Under the pieces are notes generated by a model. The model saw only the letters and a program-made list of their open reading frames with translations, ran no database searches and was not told the DNA's origin. A DNA stretch of 64,000 nt from Phormidesmis sp. (GTDB lineage Bacteria; Cyanobacteriota; Cyanobacteriia; Leptolyngbyales; Leptolyngbyaceae): NCBI GenBank assembly GCA_965248535.1, contig CBDFJR010000002.1, positions 1,376,001-1,440,000 of the forward strand, read 5' to 3'. Below, in pieces: positions 13,227 to 25,006 of the stretch (its first letter is position 1; each line of letters opens with the position of its first letter). A program made the translations under genes and the position numbers.

Positions 13227-13505
13227 TCACCAGCCATCGGTTTCAGACTCGTTCCAGACTTCTAGATCTAACTCTGCCAAATAGGTCAGGGCATTTTCAA
13301 TCTGAGCTTGACTTCCTTGAAGGTTGAGGTCAAACCAGCCGTCGCCATTGGCGTTGGCTCCCAAAATAGCGGCGGTGATGTTGACGGTGAGCGAATAGTC
13401 AGAGATGAGATGAGAAATCACGGGTTCTTGATGATAGTGCTTGGGAATGCGGATGCGGATGCGCTTTTGCGTCGATCGCGTGTCTGGATTAGTGAGGGTT
13501 TGCAT
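13227..13505 (-). CDS. NIL-domain protein
   Basis: RIRIPK.Y.QEPVIS.L...VNI..A.L..GWFDL.L.G pattern. Confidence 0.85.
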   Translation of the reverse strand: MQTLTNPDTRSTQKRIRIRIPKHYHQEPVISHLISDYSLTVNITAAILGANANGDGWFDLNLQGSQAQIENALTYLAELDLEVWNESETDGW

Positions 13506-13591
13506 GATGGCTTATTTTAATCTACAGATTGTCAGTCGGAATACTGTACTTAATAGACCCTATCTTAGCGAGAAACGTTTTTAAACGCAAG

Positions 13592-13627
13592 TAGCGCCCT
13601 GCTCCACCTCGGTGGAGCAGGGCGCTA
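13592..13627. terminator. Hairpin downstream of ispG
   Basis: TAGCGCCCTGCTCCACC-tc-GGTGGAGCAGGGCGCTA. Confidence 0.75.
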
Positions 13628-13667
13628 TTTTGGACTTGTGGTTTAGCAGAATCTTGGCAATCTTTGA

Positions 13668-14891
13668 TTAGGGGTCGATCCAGCGATCGTCGCCCTTGAT
13701 CAAATTAATCAACTCTTGCACCCCATCCGCTTCAGGCACTTTTTTAATCTCGTCTCGACCGCGATAGAGAGAAATCAGCCCGGCTTGTTTGCCAACATAG
13801 CCATAGTCAGCGTCAGCCATCTCACCGGGGCCGTTGACAATGCAGCCCATGACCGCAATGTTTAGCCCCGTCAGATGCTGGGTTGCGTTTCTGACTTGAT
13901 GCAAGACTTCTTCTAGATTAAAGAGCGTCCGGCCACAAGAAGGGCAGGCCACATACTCTACCATCGTTCTTCGCAGACCCAGCGCTTGCAAAATGCCATA
14001 GCAAACCGGAATCTCTTTTTCAGGAGCCTCAGTCAGAGAGACGCGAATGGTGTCGCCAATGCCTTCAGCTAAAAGGGTGCCAATACCTGCGGTGGACTTG
14101 ATGCGCCCATATTCACCGTCTCCGGCCTCAGTCACGCCTAAATGCAGGGGATAGTCCATGCCTAGCTCATTCATGCGCTTGACCATCAGACGGTTTGCAG
14201 CCAGCATGACGGGCACCCTAGAGGCTTTGAGCGAGAGTTCAATATGGTAGAAGTTGAGCGATTCACAAATGCGAATAAACTCTAGCGCCGACTCGACCAT
14301 GCCTTCAGGGGTGTCGCCGTAGGTAAACAACATTCGCTCTGAGAGGGAGCCGTGATTGACCCCGATCCGCATTGATTTGTTCTGGTCACGCAGCGACACA
14401 ACCAAAGGCTCTAGAGTTTCGTAGATTTTGTCACCGATCTCTTTAAATTCTGCGGGGGTGTATTCGGTGCGATCGCTCTTGGGCTTTTCAAACACATAGA
14501 GGCCAGGATTGATCCGCACGTTATCGACATAGTTCGCCACTTCTAGGGCGATTTTCATGCCGTTGTGGTGCACATCGGCGACCAGAGGCACGGGCTGATA
14601 GGTTTTGTGGAGGCGATCACGAATCTCTTCCATCGCTTTGGCGTGGGCCATGCTCGGCACCGTCACGCGGACAATCTCGCAGCCGATTTCGTGCAGTCGT
14701 TGAATCGCCGCGACCGATCCCGCAATGTCTAACGTGTCTTCGTTGATCATTGACTGAACCGCAACCGGATGACTGCCTCCGATCGTAATGCTGCCCACCG
14801 GAACGGGGCGGGTCTTGCGACGATGAATGGTGGAGTCTGTAGATAGCTCACTGGAAATCGGAGCAGGAACGAGGCTGGGCAAGGTTTGCAT
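13668..14891 (-). CDS. ispG: (E)-4-hydroxy-3-methylbut-2-enyl-diphosphate synthase
   Basis: [30 protein letters not shown]. Start placed at MQTLP. Confidence 0.97.
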   Translation of the reverse strand: MQTLPSLVPAPISSELSTDSTIHRRKTRPVPVGSITIGGSHPVAVQSMINEDTLDIAGSVAAIQRLHEIGCEIVRVTVPSMAHAKAMEEIRDRLHKTYQPVPLVADVHHNGMKIALEVANYVDNVRINPGLYVFEKPKSDRTEYTPAEFKEIGDKIYETLEPLVVSLRDQNKSMRIGVNHGSLSERMLFTYGDTPEGMVESALEFIRICESLNFYHIELSLKASRVPVMLAANRLMVKRMNELGMDYPLHLGVTEAGDGEYGRIKSTAGIGTLLAEGIGDTIRVSLTEAPEKEIPVCYGILQALGLRRTMVEYVACPSCGRTLFNLEEVLHQVRNATQHLTGLNIAVMGCIVNGPGEMADADYGYVGKQAGLISLYRGRDEIKKVPEADGVQELINLIKGDDRWIDP

Positions 14892-15029
14892 ACGGCTGTT
14901 ATTAAGGCTCGACAGCAGGAAAACAGGGTGAATAGTCTCTCTGTCTCTCAGATTGCCACAGATGGAGCCGTTTTGCCTGATTTGTAGCGCACAGCGCAGC
15001 AGAAAATGCATCGCTTTAACTATCGAGAA

Positions 15030-15224
15030 CTATCGGGCCGACACACAGCACCGCGATTCTTGCTTGACTGAGCCAGACATCGCAGCCGTTTGCAGGGTCA
15101 TAAATGCCCGCAGATCTTCTTGGTCGTATTTGGCTGACAGAAGCTGTCTCAGTTGATCTTCAGCCTCGATCGTCAAGAAGCCAGTCGTCAGAGCTTGTTG
15201 AACCACTTCACGAATTAATGCCAT
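15030..15224 (-). CDS. Small conserved cyanobacterial hypothetical protein
   Basis: MALIREVVQQALTTGFLT.EAE.QLRQLL..AFM.LQ.A.M.G.V.QESR. Confidence 0.75.
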   Translation of the reverse strand: MALIREVVQQALTTGFLTIEAEDQLRQLLSAKYDQEDLRAFMTLQTAAMSGSVKQESRCCVSAR

Positions 15225-15815
15225 AAGAATGCCCCAGCACAGATTGAGAGAAAACAACCGCCGTCGGTCTTGTAAGTCTTATAGTTAGCAACTTGAATAG
15301 TTATGCAGATTAGCCCACTTTTCACTTGACTTAGTTTTTAGCTAAATGAGCCATTCTGGTTTTGAATTTAAGCAACAGATTGCTATAAAAAGGGTTGAAG
15401 CAGTTGACCGAAAACAGACTTCTGATCTGCACCTTTCGCACCTGCCCTAAGAACGCGACGGAGATCAAACTTAAAAAGTTCCTGTCCTTTTTTAAGAAGC
15501 GGCACCTTATAGTCAGCAAAGGTTTCAGAGAATCAAGCGGTGTGTATCTTTAGTGACATGATCTAGAGATTTCGTGCTGATACCTAGGTCTGTCTGCCGG
15601 GCAACCCGATCGGGCATTCGTTAACTAGCTCAGAATCTCAGTGATCAAGTTGCGCGTTATGGATGAACTGGCCCAACTAAAACTGTCGTAACCGTCACAT
15701 TTTTTTAGCTTGACAAACGCATTGTCTGGTTCTTTTTTTAAGCAAGAATACCAGCTTTTAGATCCGAGGTTGCCCTCCATCAAAACCTGCCCAAGCTCAA
15801 AAAAAATTGATTAGC

Positions 15816-16652
15816 TTAGGGAAGTTCTAGGGCGATCGAGCCTAAAACTCCCTTGCGAAAATCGTTGAGAATCTGACGCGCCGATCGCTCCACATCGCCT
15901 TTATATTTCCGCTCTGCCAGAGCTTGCAGATAGCTCTCCCCGGTCAACTCTGCCGCATCGACTTGATATCGAGAGGCTAAGGCCCGATCGTAGTGCAACT
16001 GTTTAAGCAGATCGACCAGCGATGCCGCAACGCGCTGATTGTCATAGGCGGCTTCACCAATGTCATCACAAATCGCCAGCTTGATCGCCGCTTCTTGATC
16101 ATTGAGCTTGTTGGGCAACACGCCAGGGGCATCTAACAACTCAATCTGATCTGAGATTCTCACCCATCTCAGTTGCCGCGTCACCCCCGCCCGCCGAGAG
16201 CTATCCACCACTCGCCGATTAAGCAAGCGATTGATCAGCGCCGACTTGCCCACGTTAGGAAAGCCAATCACCACGGCTCGAATCGGCCGAGGCAACATGT
16301 CGCGATCGCGCCGTCGAGCATTGACCTGGGCCCCCGCTTCTTGCACGGCCTGAGCCACCGCTGCAATGCCCTTGCCGTGTTGAGCGTCGGTAAAATTGGG
16401 TTCTTGCCCCTGCGATCGAAACCACTGCGTCCACTGCTGACGAGTTTGGGCTGAGATCATATCTGTGCGATTGAGCACCAACACTTGTCCTCTCGTGCCG
16501 ATCCACTGATCGACCTGCGGGTGATGGGTTGAGCTTGGAATTCGAGCATCCCGCACTTCTAACACCACATCCACTCGCTTAAGCTGCTCAAAGAGCGCTC
16601 TTTCTGCTTTGGCAATGTGACCGGGATACCACTGAATGGGGGGAGAAGACAT
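15816..16652 (-). CDS. ylqF: Ribosome biogenesis GTPase YlqF/RbgA
   Basis: IQWYPGH; DARIP; GFPNVGKS; DAPG. Confidence 0.95.
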   Translation of the reverse strand: MSSPPIQWYPGHIAKAERALFEQLKRVDVVLEVRDARIPSSTHHPQVDQWIGTRGQVLVLNRTDMISAQTRQQWTQWFRSQGQEPNFTDAQHGKGIAAVAQAVQEAGAQVNARRRDRDMLPRPIRAVVIGFPNVGKSALINRLLNRRVVDSSRRAGVTRQLRWVRISDQIELLDAPGVLPNKLNDQEAAIKLAICDDIGEAAYDNQRVAASLVDLLKQLHYDRALASRYQVDAAELTGESYLQALAERKYKGDVERSARQILNDFRKGVLGSIALELP

Positions 16653-16733
16653 GGGGAAGAGCAATGAGGTGAAGTTTAATCGGATGGCAAACCTCTATCT
16701 TAGAGACTTATGAACCCCTCACCCCTCAGCTTT

Positions 16734-17138
16734 TTAAGGAATGACTAAGACTGGGCACGGCGATAGGCTGATGACGCGAGTCGTCACACTTTCAGAGGTG
16801 CCTTCGTGGGTGAGTCCCAATCCTCGGCTGCCCATGACGATCAGATCAGCCCCCACGTCATCAGCCACATCACAAATTGTGAACGCAGGTTTGCCTGTTC
16901 GCTCTAGGGCTTCGGCTTGAATGCCTTGTTGAGAAAATAACGTTTGGGCATTTTTCAGCAACTCAGCGACTGCCTGGGGTGACTCCATCGCATCTGCCGA
17001 CGGGTCAACTGCGGGCGGCTCGACCACCGAGAGAATAATCAAACGGCTCTGGTGAGTTTTGACCAGCGTGGCCACGGTTTCGGCTGCTTGCCACGATTCT
17101 CGACTTTGGTCAACGGGGAATAAAACAGTCTTGAACAT
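16734..17138 (-). CDS. Universal stress protein
   Basis: DLIVMGSRG; SVT..V....PCPVLV. Confidence 0.92.
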   Translation of the reverse strand: MFKTVLFPVDQSRESWQAAETVATLVKTHQSRLIILSVVEPPAVDPSADAMESPQAVAELLKNAQTLFSQQGIQAEALERTGKPAFTICDVADDVGADLIVMGSRGLGLTHEGTSESVTTRVISLSPCPVLVIP

Positions 17139-17334
17139 AAAATCTTATTTCAACTAAACAGACTTCAGTGCGGGGCTAGGAAGCAAGCATTTGAGACCTT
17201 CTTTGTCTTTAATTTTGACGCTAATTGGCCCCCTGCTTCTGAACTTAGCGCATTAGTCCAGATTCGCGATCGACATCACGACACTTTCAGGGAAAATGAA
17301 GACGGGTAGAAGACTCATTCAGGAGACTGGTTCT

Positions 17335-18537
17335 GTGTCCAAGAAGACTGTAAACGATTTATCATCCTCAGATTTACAAGGCAAGCGAGTTTTAGTTCGG
17401 GCTGATTTTAACGTTCCGGTAGACGATCAAGGCAAGATTACCGACGATACTCGCATTCGTGCCGCGCTGCCGACCATTCAAAATTTAACGGCTAAAGGGG
17501 CAAAGGTGATTTTGTGCAGCCACTTTGGTCGCCCCAAAGGAGTCACTGATAAATTGCGTCTTACCCCCGTGGCAGCGCGCCTCTCTGAAGTGCTGGGTCA
17601 GCCTGTGGTTAAGTGTGATGACTGCATTGGCGATGAAGTGGCTGCCAAAGTCGGGGCCATGCAAAACGGCGACGTGATCCTGCTCGAAAACGTTCGATTC
17701 TACCCAGAAGAAGAAAAGAACGATCCAGAGTTTGCAAAGAAGTTGGCCGCGATCGCGGATCTCTACGTCAACGATGCCTTTGGCACGGCTCACCGCGCTC
17801 ACGCCTCAACCGAAGGGGTGACTCACTACCTCAAGCCCTCTGTAGCGGGGTTGCTTGTTGAGAAAGAATTGCAGTATTTGCAAAACGCGATCGAGCATCC
17901 TCAGCGCCCGTTAGCGGCGATCGTCGGTGGCTCAAAAGTCTCCAGCAAAATTGGCGTGATCGAAACCCTGCTGGATAAAGTCGATTATCTGCTCATGGGC
18001 GGCGGCATGATCTTCACGTTTTATAAGGCTCGTGGGCTAAACGTGGGCAAGTCGCTGGTCGAAGAAGACAAGCTAGAACTGGCCAAAATGCTAGAAGCCA
18101 AAGCCAAAGAGCGCGGCGTTGCTCTGCTGCTGCCGACGGATGTTGTTGTGGCTGACAACTTCTCTCCTGATGCCAACGCTCAAACCGTCAGCATTGAGAA
18201 TATCCCCGATGGCTGGATGGGCTTAGACATCGGCCCTGACTCGATCAAAGTCTTCCAAGATGCTTTGAGTCAGTGCAAAAGCGTGATCTGGAACGGCCCA
18301 ATGGGCGTATTTGAGTTTGATAAATTTGCCGCCGGAACGGAAGCGATCGCCCACACCTTGGCCGAGCTAACTCCCAAAGGCACGACGACGATCATCGGCG
18401 GCGGTGACTCAGTAGCAGCCGTTGAAAAAGTGGGACTGGCTAGCCAGATGAGTCACATCTCGACAGGCGGTGGCGCAAGTTTAGAACTGCTAGAAGGCAA
18501 AGAACTGCCAGGAATTGCGGCTCTAGACGAAGCGTAG
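17335..18537 (+). CDS. pgk: Phosphoglycerate kinase
   Basis: [39 protein letters not shown] start follows AGGAG. Confidence 0.98.
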   Translation: MSKKTVNDLSSSDLQGKRVLVRADFNVPVDDQGKITDDTRIRAALPTIQNLTAKGAKVILCSHFGRPKGVTDKLRLTPVAARLSEVLGQPVVKCDDCIGDEVAAKVGAMQNGDVILLENVRFYPEEEKNDPEFAKKLAAIADLYVNDAFGTAHRAHASTEGVTHYLKPSVAGLLVEKELQYLQNAIEHPQRPLAAIVGGSKVSSKIGVIETLLDKVDYLLMGGGMIFTFYKARGLNVGKSLVEEDKLELAKMLEAKAKERGVALLLPTDVVVADNFSPDANAQTVSIENIPDGWMGLDIGPDSIKVFQDALSQCKSVIWNGPMGVFEFDKFAAGTEAIAHTLAELTPKGTTTIIGGGDSVAAVEKVGLASQMSHISTGGGASLELLEGKELPGIAALDEA

Positions 18538-18607
18538 CCATTAAATCTCCGACTTCTTCAAACCTCCGAATTCTTGAAGACTTCGGAGGTTTGGGTTTTC
18601 GAGAGTC

Positions 18608-19255
18608 TCATAGCTGACCTGAGATTTCCTGGCAGGTGTTGCCATCTTTAGAGTCAGAGTTTTGAGGAGAGATCAATTCGTTTCGCTGCAAAATCTGGTT
18701 ATCAAACCCAAACACTCGAATGTCACAAATGCCCGTTGCCCCCGGAGCAACTAGGGCAAATAACCCATCCGGGCTTTCATCACGAAGACTTTTGCCATTG
18801 TTAAACGTGACTTCTATCGCCGAAACTTGAGGCGAGAGCACCTGACCATAGACGATGGTTTGACGATTAGTGCCTTTGCCGATCGTGTGGCCAACTCCAT
18901 AGTCAATTAAAGAGGCGGGTGTGGTTTTAGACGGTGCCATCACAAAATAGCTGCTGGTGCCACTGAGTCGCCATTCCATTCCAGTTTGCTTCATTACCCG
19001 ATAGCTCAAAACGGGTTGATCTGAGCTTTGTTTATCGGCGGTGAGACAGTTTCCTCGATAGATCGCCAAAATTCCCTTTGACCATTTGCGAGTGGTCAAC
19101 ACCTGCACGTTTCTGGCCTCAACTTCAGGCTGCCCTGGGCAGGAAAACGAGCGGCGAAGGGCTTCATCGGGAGTGGCGGCGACGAGAGCAACGGCCCAGC
19201 CTGCTGTCGTCAAACCTAAACCAATCATCAGACTCATTACCAATCGTCGGCTCAT
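18608..19255 (-). CDS. Exported hypothetical protein
   Basis: N-terminal hydrophobic segment; several Cys; beta-rich C-terminus. Confidence 0.7.
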   Translation of the reverse strand: MSRRLVMSLMIGLGLTTAGWAVALVAATPDEALRRSFSCPGQPEVEARNVQVLTTRKWSKGILAIYRGNCLTADKQSSDQPVLSYRVMKQTGMEWRLSGTSSYFVMAPSKTTPASLIDYGVGHTIGKGTNRQTIVYGQVLSPQVSAIEVTFNNGKSLRDESPDGLFALVAPGATGICDIRVFGFDNQILQRNELISPQNSDSKDGNTCQEISGQL

Positions 19256-19374
19256 GGTCGATCGTGCCCTGTGCTCGTGGAGTGAACAATCTATCAACGA
19301 ATCCGCCAACTCTGGGGAAATAGAGAAGCTCTTAACTTCCCACCCGTCATGCAGAACTCGGCTTAAGGCTAACT

Positions 19375-20349
19375 TTAAGGATTTGAGAAGGTGTTGATCT
19401 GGCCGCCGCCCAGAACTCGACCCGGAATCGGCCGCGGAGCCGTGAAGGGTGCATCGGAGGGAAAACTCTGGGGCGGTTGCAGCGCTGGCCCTACGGGCAC
19501 CGGATTTAAACTTGGCGAATTGTTTAAGGCTGGCGATGCGATCGCTGGCGGTTGGGTTGAAAGAGGAGACAGGAGCACGATCGGCACTGTTCCACTAGCC
19601 GGAAGCGGCTGTGTGCCTTCGACCAGACCCGTATAAGAATTGGGATAGGAAGTCGCTGTCGGTGCGGTTGCGCCAAAGCTGCCCGCAGTCGGGCTGTAGC
19701 TGGGAGTAGCGGGCACGATCGCCGAAAAGCTGGCAGGAGTCTGAACCGCCCGATTAGTAAAAGAGATCGCCAAATCGCCCCCAGAAACGCCGTTGTCGCT
19801 CAAAGCAGGTTGCGGATTTTCTGTAGGCGCTCCAGCGTTAGGAAACCCCAGTAGAGGAGTAGGACTTGGCGGCTGAGTTGAGTTTGATTCTGCGATCGGG
19901 GCGGTGCCTGTCAAACCAGCGTCAGGCAGTCCGAGCTTCTGCATGGTTGCCGAAAAGACACTGCCATTAGAAGGCTGAGACGCGATCGGGGTCAAACCAG
20001 CGATGGGAATCTGCGGCAGCGTCTTTAAATTCGTCGCGGCGGGCACCGATCCAGAGGGATCAACCTGTCTATAAGCCGAGTTAGCCGACAGTCCAATGTC
20101 GTTAAACAGCAGGGGCAACGTGTCAATATCTGCCCCGATCGCCCGATCTTCTGGCGACAGCCCACTGGCATCATCCGAGCTAGGGGCAACCCCCAAATAG
20201 CTGACCCATTCGGGGCGCATCCAATATTGCCAAGTGAACAAAATCACGAACATGAGCGCGATCGACGGCCCCCAAAAAATGGGTTGCGTCAAAGGCCGCA
20301 GCCTAGCCAGCAAATAGCGAGCAGCGACAGAAGAGGGTTGGCGGCGCAT
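19375..20349 (-). CDS. Membrane-anchored Pro/Ser-rich hypothetical protein
   Basis: One TM segment; ADID motif; C-terminal GGGQINTFSNP. Confidence 0.75.
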   Translation of the reverse strand: MRRQPSSVAARYLLARLRPLTQPIFWGPSIALMFVILFTWQYWMRPEWVSYLGVAPSSDDASGLSPEDRAIGADIDTLPLLFNDIGLSANSAYRQVDPSGSVPAATNLKTLPQIPIAGLTPIASQPSNGSVFSATMQKLGLPDAGLTGTAPIAESNSTQPPSPTPLLGFPNAGAPTENPQPALSDNGVSGGDLAISFTNRAVQTPASFSAIVPATPSYSPTAGSFGATAPTATSYPNSYTGLVEGTQPLPASGTVPIVLLSPLSTQPPAIASPALNNSPSLNPVPVGPALQPPQSFPSDAPFTAPRPIPGRVLGGGQINTFSNP

Positions 20350-20454
20350 GGTCAAAAGACTGTAGAGAACCGAGACTATCCCTGATAAATGGAATTGTAG
20401 ACGATCGCCCTCGCGGTAGACATCAGCGATCGGACAGATCCCCACAAAGACCGT

Positions 20455-21639
20455 TTATCGCGCCGCCCGAACGAGTAAAAATCCGCCTGCAATCAGCCCC
20501 AAAACGGTTGGCAACCAGGCTGCGACATAAGGAGACAAGATTTCTAAAAGCCCCAGAGAATCGCAGATAAACGACAGGAGATAATAGGTGAAAATAATCA
20601 CAATGCTAACGGCAAAACTTGCGCCTCTGCCGCCACGCTGGGGGCGAGTTCCCAGGGTTGCTCCCGTCAACCCAAACACCAAACACACAAACGGAAACGC
20701 AAGCTTTTGCTGAATTCGCAGCCGCACTTTACGCGCTTCTTTTTGATCACCACTCTGAGTCACAATGTTGAGCGAGTCGCGCAGTTCGGCAATGTTCATC
20801 TCGGCTGAGTCTTGCTTGCGATTGGCTAGATCGAGGGGCGTGCGCGGCAATTCTAGCTTTTGCCGCACAAACTTGACAATGTTGCGATAAGACCCATCAG
20901 GGGCGACCACATAAATGGTGCCGTTAAAGAAATCCCAGGTGGTGTCTTTGGGGTTCCAGACCGCCGACTCTGAAGCGACGATTTGATTTAGCCCTCCCTG
21001 AGAAAAATCGAGAACCGTCAAGCCTTTCATTTGCCGCCCATCAAACTGCCGCGCATAAAAAATTCGTTCTAGGGTCTGGTCGCTAGAGCCATCTGACTGC
21101 TTGCCGTTGCTAAACTGCGTCACCAGAATATTTTTTTCTCGAAAGGTTGGCTTGTCTTCTTTAAGCGCCGAGTCGAGGGTGCGGGCGGCCCGATAGGTGG
21201 CAGCGGGGACGATCGCTTCATTAAACCCAAACGTGATCCCCGTCACCATCAGACTCAGCACGATCGCGGGCAAAATCAGTCGATAGACGCTGATCCCCGC
21301 ACTGCGGAGGGCAATCAACTCGCTGTCGGTGGAGAGACGACTGTAGACCAGCAGCGCCGCTAACAGCATCGACATGGGCAACGCCAGGCTCACAAAATAA
21401 GGCAGTTGCAAGAAAAAAACCTGGATCGCGATCGAGAACGGCAACCCCGACTGGGTAACTTTGCGAATCAAGTCAAACAGCGTCCCCACCGAAGCCACCA
21501 CCGACGAAAACGCGGCCACCCCAAATAAAAGCGGTGGAATCAGTTGAGTCAAGACATACCGATCCATCACCGACAAGAAAGAGAGGCGGCTGACAGGTCG
21601 AAACGAAGGCTGAGGCGGCTGAGAAAACCCGGAGGACAT
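20455..21639 (-). CDS. LptF/LptG family LPS export permease
   Basis: MDRY; SELIALRSAGIS..R; multiple TM segments; in operon with lptB and lptA. Confidence 0.92.
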   Translation of the reverse strand: MSSGFSQPPQPSFRPVSRLSFLSVMDRYVLTQLIPPLLFGVAAFSSVVASVGTLFDLIRKVTQSGLPFSIAIQVFFLQLPYFVSLALPMSMLLAALLVYSRLSTDSELIALRSAGISVYRLILPAIVLSLMVTGITFGFNEAIVPAATYRAARTLDSALKEDKPTFREKNILVTQFSNGKQSDGSSDQTLERIFYARQFDGRQMKGLTVLDFSQGGLNQIVASESAVWNPKDTTWDFFNGTIYVVAPDGSYRNIVKFVRQKLELPRTPLDLANRKQDSAEMNIAELRDSLNIVTQSGDQKEARKVRLRIQQKLAFPFVCLVFGLTGATLGTRPQRGGRGASFAVSIVIIFTYYLLSFICDSLGLLEILSPYVAAWLPTVLGLIAGGFLLVRAAR

Positions 21640-21667
21640 GGGAAAAAAGAGTGATGGGCTACGAAAA

Positions 21668-22396
21668 TCAACGCTGGAAGTTATCTCCCAGATAATATTG
21701 TCGGACGAGAGGATTTGCATAGAGTTCTTCGGCGTTGCCCGACGCAAGAATCTGCCCATCGCGCATGATGTAGGCCCGATCGGTGATGGCCAGCGTTTCT
21801 CGCACATTGTGATCGGTGATCAGAATGCCGATTTGACGATCGCGCAGTTGAGCCACAATGTCCTGAATCTCAGCCACCGCGATCGGGTCAACGCCTGCAA
21901 ACGGCTCGTCTAGAAGCAAAAATTTGGGGCCGCTCACCCCCGACGCAAGGGCCCGCGCCAACTCTGTGCGCCGCCGCTCTCCCCCAGACACCTGCACTCC
22001 TAGGGTAGAAGCCACCTTCTCTAATCGAAACTCTTTGAGCAGACCACTCAAGCGATCGTTCCACTGCCAGCGCGGAACATTGGTTTGCTCTAGGACGAGT
22101 AAAATGTTTTCTTGAACTGTGAGATATCGAAAAATGCTCGGCTCTTGGGCCAGATAACCAATGCCTAAGGTCGCTCGTTGGTTGATCGGCAGGGCAGTGA
22201 CTTCACGATCGTCGAGCCAGACCTTGCCGCTATCGGGTTTTTCTAAGCCCGTCGCAATATAAAACGTCGTCGTCTTGCCAGCCCCGTTAGGGCCCAGCAG
22301 CCCCACCACCTCGCCTTGAGCCACAGAAAGACTGACCCGATTCACCACCGATCGCGCCCCATAGGACTTATGAATATTTTCTAATACAATCCTCAA
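21668..22396 (-). CDS. lptB: LPS export ABC transporter ATPase
   Basis: GPNGAGKTT; SGGERRR; DEPFAGVDPIAV; ITDHNVRETL; YYLG. TTG start follows GAGGAG. Confidence 0.95.
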   Translation of the reverse strand: MRIVLENIHKSYGARSVVNRVSLSVAQGEVVGLLGPNGAGKTTTFYIATGLEKPDSGKVWLDDREVTALPINQRATLGIGYLAQEPSIFRYLTVQENILLVLEQTNVPRWQWNDRLSGLLKEFRLEKVASTLGVQVSGGERRRTELARALASGVSGPKFLLLDEPFAGVDPIAVAEIQDIVAQLRDRQIGILITDHNVRETLAITDRAYIMRDGQILASGNAEELYANPLVRQYYLGDNFQR

Positions 22397-22440
22397 TAAC
22401 CTGCTCCTCAAACTAGCCAAAGGGGAATCGAGTCAGGCAG

Positions 22441-22968
22441 TTAGCGCTTACCTGAAGGGGGTGACTGAAATTGGGGACTGGGGCTAAATGGAGCAGGACT
22501 CACCGCCCCCGGACTGGAGACAGCAGGAGTGTCGGTAATTAAATAAATAGCCTCTACCTGCTTACTCGCTTGGGGCAACGCCACAAACCGCCCTTCGTCA
22601 ACCAGGTAAGTGATATTTTCTCCTCGCAAACTGTTGCCCTGCTGCAAGACATAAACGTCACCCGTCAACACAATTCGGCGCTCTTTGCTGAAGTAGATGG
22701 CTTGAGCTGAGGTCGCTTGAATCTGCCGAGACGGATAATTGATCTGCACATTGCCCCGTGCCACGACCACCCCAGTTTTAGCATTGGCTTCGGTGCTGTT
22801 GGCTCGCAGGGTTAGAGGCTGGGCAGGGGCCACTTGAGGAGATGCCTCAACCTGATTAGGCACCGCATCGGCAGAGAGGTTTGAGGCTGTCAGGCTAAGA
22901 GTCAGGCTGACCGGAACCAGCAGGGCAAGCCCCAGACGATCGAGGGAAAATTGGTTTAAAAATATCAT
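22441..22968 (-). CDS. lptA: LptA/OstA family protein
   Basis: Signal peptide; ARGNVQI; LTGDVYVLQ.GN...GE.I.Y; upstream of lptB. Confidence 0.85.
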   Translation of the reverse strand: MIFLNQFSLDRLGLALLVPVSLTLSLTASNLSADAVPNQVEASPQVAPAQPLTLRANSTEANAKTGVVVARGNVQINYPSRQIQATSAQAIYFSKERRIVLTGDVYVLQQGNSLRGENITYLVDEGRFVALPQASKQVEAIYLITDTPAVSSPGAVSPAPFSPSPQFQSPPSGKR

Positions 22969-23190
22969 GGGGTCAATGGCAGACAGAGAAATGAGAGAGC
23001 AATCCCGTAGAGCACCGCTGATGACCTCGAATATATCATCATGTGAGTTTAACAAATCTCGCTTGAGAGTCGAAAACTAGACTGCTTAGTCTCAGAGACG
23101 AAGCGCGTTCCCAGAAGTTTCGAGCCGATCGAGCCTGCTCTACTCTAAGACTATAGGCAACCGTCTTAAAGCCGATCAGGTCTGATTTGA

Positions 23191-23634
23191 TTATTCCACT
23201 GATGCCGTCAGCTTCTGGACAATCGGAATCTCTAGAATAATCTTGCCTTCTTGATCAGTCACGCCAGAAATCGCGGTGTCTAACGACTGAGACAAGATAA
23301 CATTGCCCACCTGTTCGGCTCCCATTTGCTGTAGACGGGTCAGCAGATTGGTGCCGTCACGGATGAAGCGATCGAGATCGACCCCTCCATAGTCTGACGG
23401 ATAGTTTCGCAAGCGGTGCAGCCCCTCGCCCAGCAGAATCACGGCTCCGCGCCAGTTGTGATTGCCCAGGTGGTAAATCGCAACCGCAACTTGCAAAATT
23501 CCCTGATAGAAGTTTTTCTCAAAGGTAGGCGCTTCAATCCAAATCGCTTCTAGGGTGTCGTGACAGGCATAAAACTCGCCTTGATTAAATTGCTCAACGG
23601 CTTGCCAAAAGGCTGCTGGTGGGTCATCTGTCAT
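23191..23634 (-). CDS. DUF309 protein
   Basis: FN.GEFYACHD.LE..W; QGILQ.AV..YH. Confidence 0.9.
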   Translation of the reverse strand: MTDDPPAAFWQAVEQFNQGEFYACHDTLEAIWIEAPTFEKNFYQGILQVAVAIYHLGNHNWRGAVILLGEGLHRLRNYPSDYGGVDLDRFIRDGTNLLTRLQQMGAEQVGNVILSQSLDTAISGVTDQEGKIILEIPIVQKLTASVE

Positions 23635-23647
23635 CGCATAATTTCCA

Positions 23648-24802
23648 CTAAAGAGGATCTAGAAGCTGGGATTGCAGCGATCGCTCTGGGCGAATCATGA
23701 GGCCCGGCGAAGGGGGTGGCTTTTGTCCGGTTCGCCGAGACTGCCACAACACCCAACGACTGCCTAAAGGCAGCGCGTTGAGACTTTCGGGGGTTTGAGT
23801 CAGCCAAATCAAAGGCAGATTGGGGGGGCTAACCGGGGAAGTCTCTTCTCCAGCATAGGCTGCTGCCAGAGCCTCTAACACGGGTTGCTCTCCTTGCAGC
23901 ACTCCCGTTCTAGCTGTCCAAAATCGAATCTCTGGCATCTGACGCACCCCATAAAAATAAAGCGATGCGGCCGCGATGACAGCCTGCTCGAATAATTCTG
24001 GTTCCCAAGCAGCGGCGCTGTCTAGACAGACGACCAGTTCTTGACCACCCGTAAACGATTCGAGTTCTCGAACCCGCAGTTCTCCATAGCGGGCACTGGT
24101 GCGCCAGTGAATCAGTCGGGTTGGGTCACCCCAGCGATAGGGGCGCAGCGATCGGGTCACTCCCTCATGGGCAGCCGTAGTGCGTTGATCACTGGTGAAC
24201 TGCCTCTGCGATCGCCCAGTTTGATCAATTAAGGGACAACGAGCTAACGGCAGCACCGTCGGATACACGATCGCCCTAGCCTCAACCTGCTGATTTTGTC
24301 GTCGCCAAAATAATCCGAGGGGAGCCGCCGATCGTAGGTGCACCGTTTGCCATCGATAAACGCCGCGCTGGTGAGTCGGGTGCTGATAGACCCAATATTG
24401 AGTCGCATCTGCGCCCAAGCTTTCAATCACTTTAGTCGCTGGCTCACCCAATCCATAAGGCATCAGGTCAGACAGTTGCAGAAGCGTTTTGGGGTGAGGC
24501 GTTAAATTCTGAATCAGCAATTCTATCGTCAGCGGGTCGCCTGCGCTCACAGGGTAAATCGGGCGGCGACGGACTTCAATGCCTTTCAGGTTTTGGGTCG
24601 ATAGAGTGATGGCGATCGCTAACAGCGCCCAGATCACCCCGCTGATCACATAGAGCCACCCCGACAGCGTGTTAGTGGCAGCAACGAAAAAAAACAGAGC
24701 CAGACCGCCCAACACCCACCCGATATAAGCCGGGTTGACCCAGCGAGTCTCTAGCCAATGGGTCAGCCGAAATTTGATGCTCATCGCCGCCCGTGATTCC
24801 AT
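23648..24802 (-). CDS. DUF58 protein
   Basis: LRPYRWGD..R.IHWRTSAR..L.VRE. Confidence 0.9.
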   Translation of the reverse strand: MESRAAMSIKFRLTHWLETRWVNPAYIGWVLGGLALFFFVAATNTLSGWLYVISGVIWALLAIAITLSTQNLKGIEVRRRPIYPVSAGDPLTIELLIQNLTPHPKTLLQLSDLMPYGLGEPATKVIESLGADATQYWVYQHPTHQRGVYRWQTVHLRSAAPLGLFWRRQNQQVEARAIVYPTVLPLARCPLIDQTGRSQRQFTSDQRTTAAHEGVTRSLRPYRWGDPTRLIHWRTSARYGELRVRELESFTGGQELVVCLDSAAAWEPELFEQAVIAAASLYFYGVRQMPEIRFWTARTGVLQGEQPVLEALAAAYAGEETSPVSPPNLPLIWLTQTPESLNALPLGSRWVLWQSRRTGQKPPPSPGLMIRPERSLQSQLLDPL

Positions 24803-25006
24803 AAATGACTGACGCTTTCTCTTTGACTCAGCTTACTCTTTTAGAGAGTTTGACAAAAATCGCAAAAACCTGAGCAATACTATTTATGATCGATAGAATC
24901 TTAGATACATTCAAAAAAACTAGAAAAGTTTTGCACATCTAGCGTTTTGATGCGCTCAACCTGGATTGAGCAGGGAGCTTACCAACTGGACTCAGCCTGA
25001 TTAATT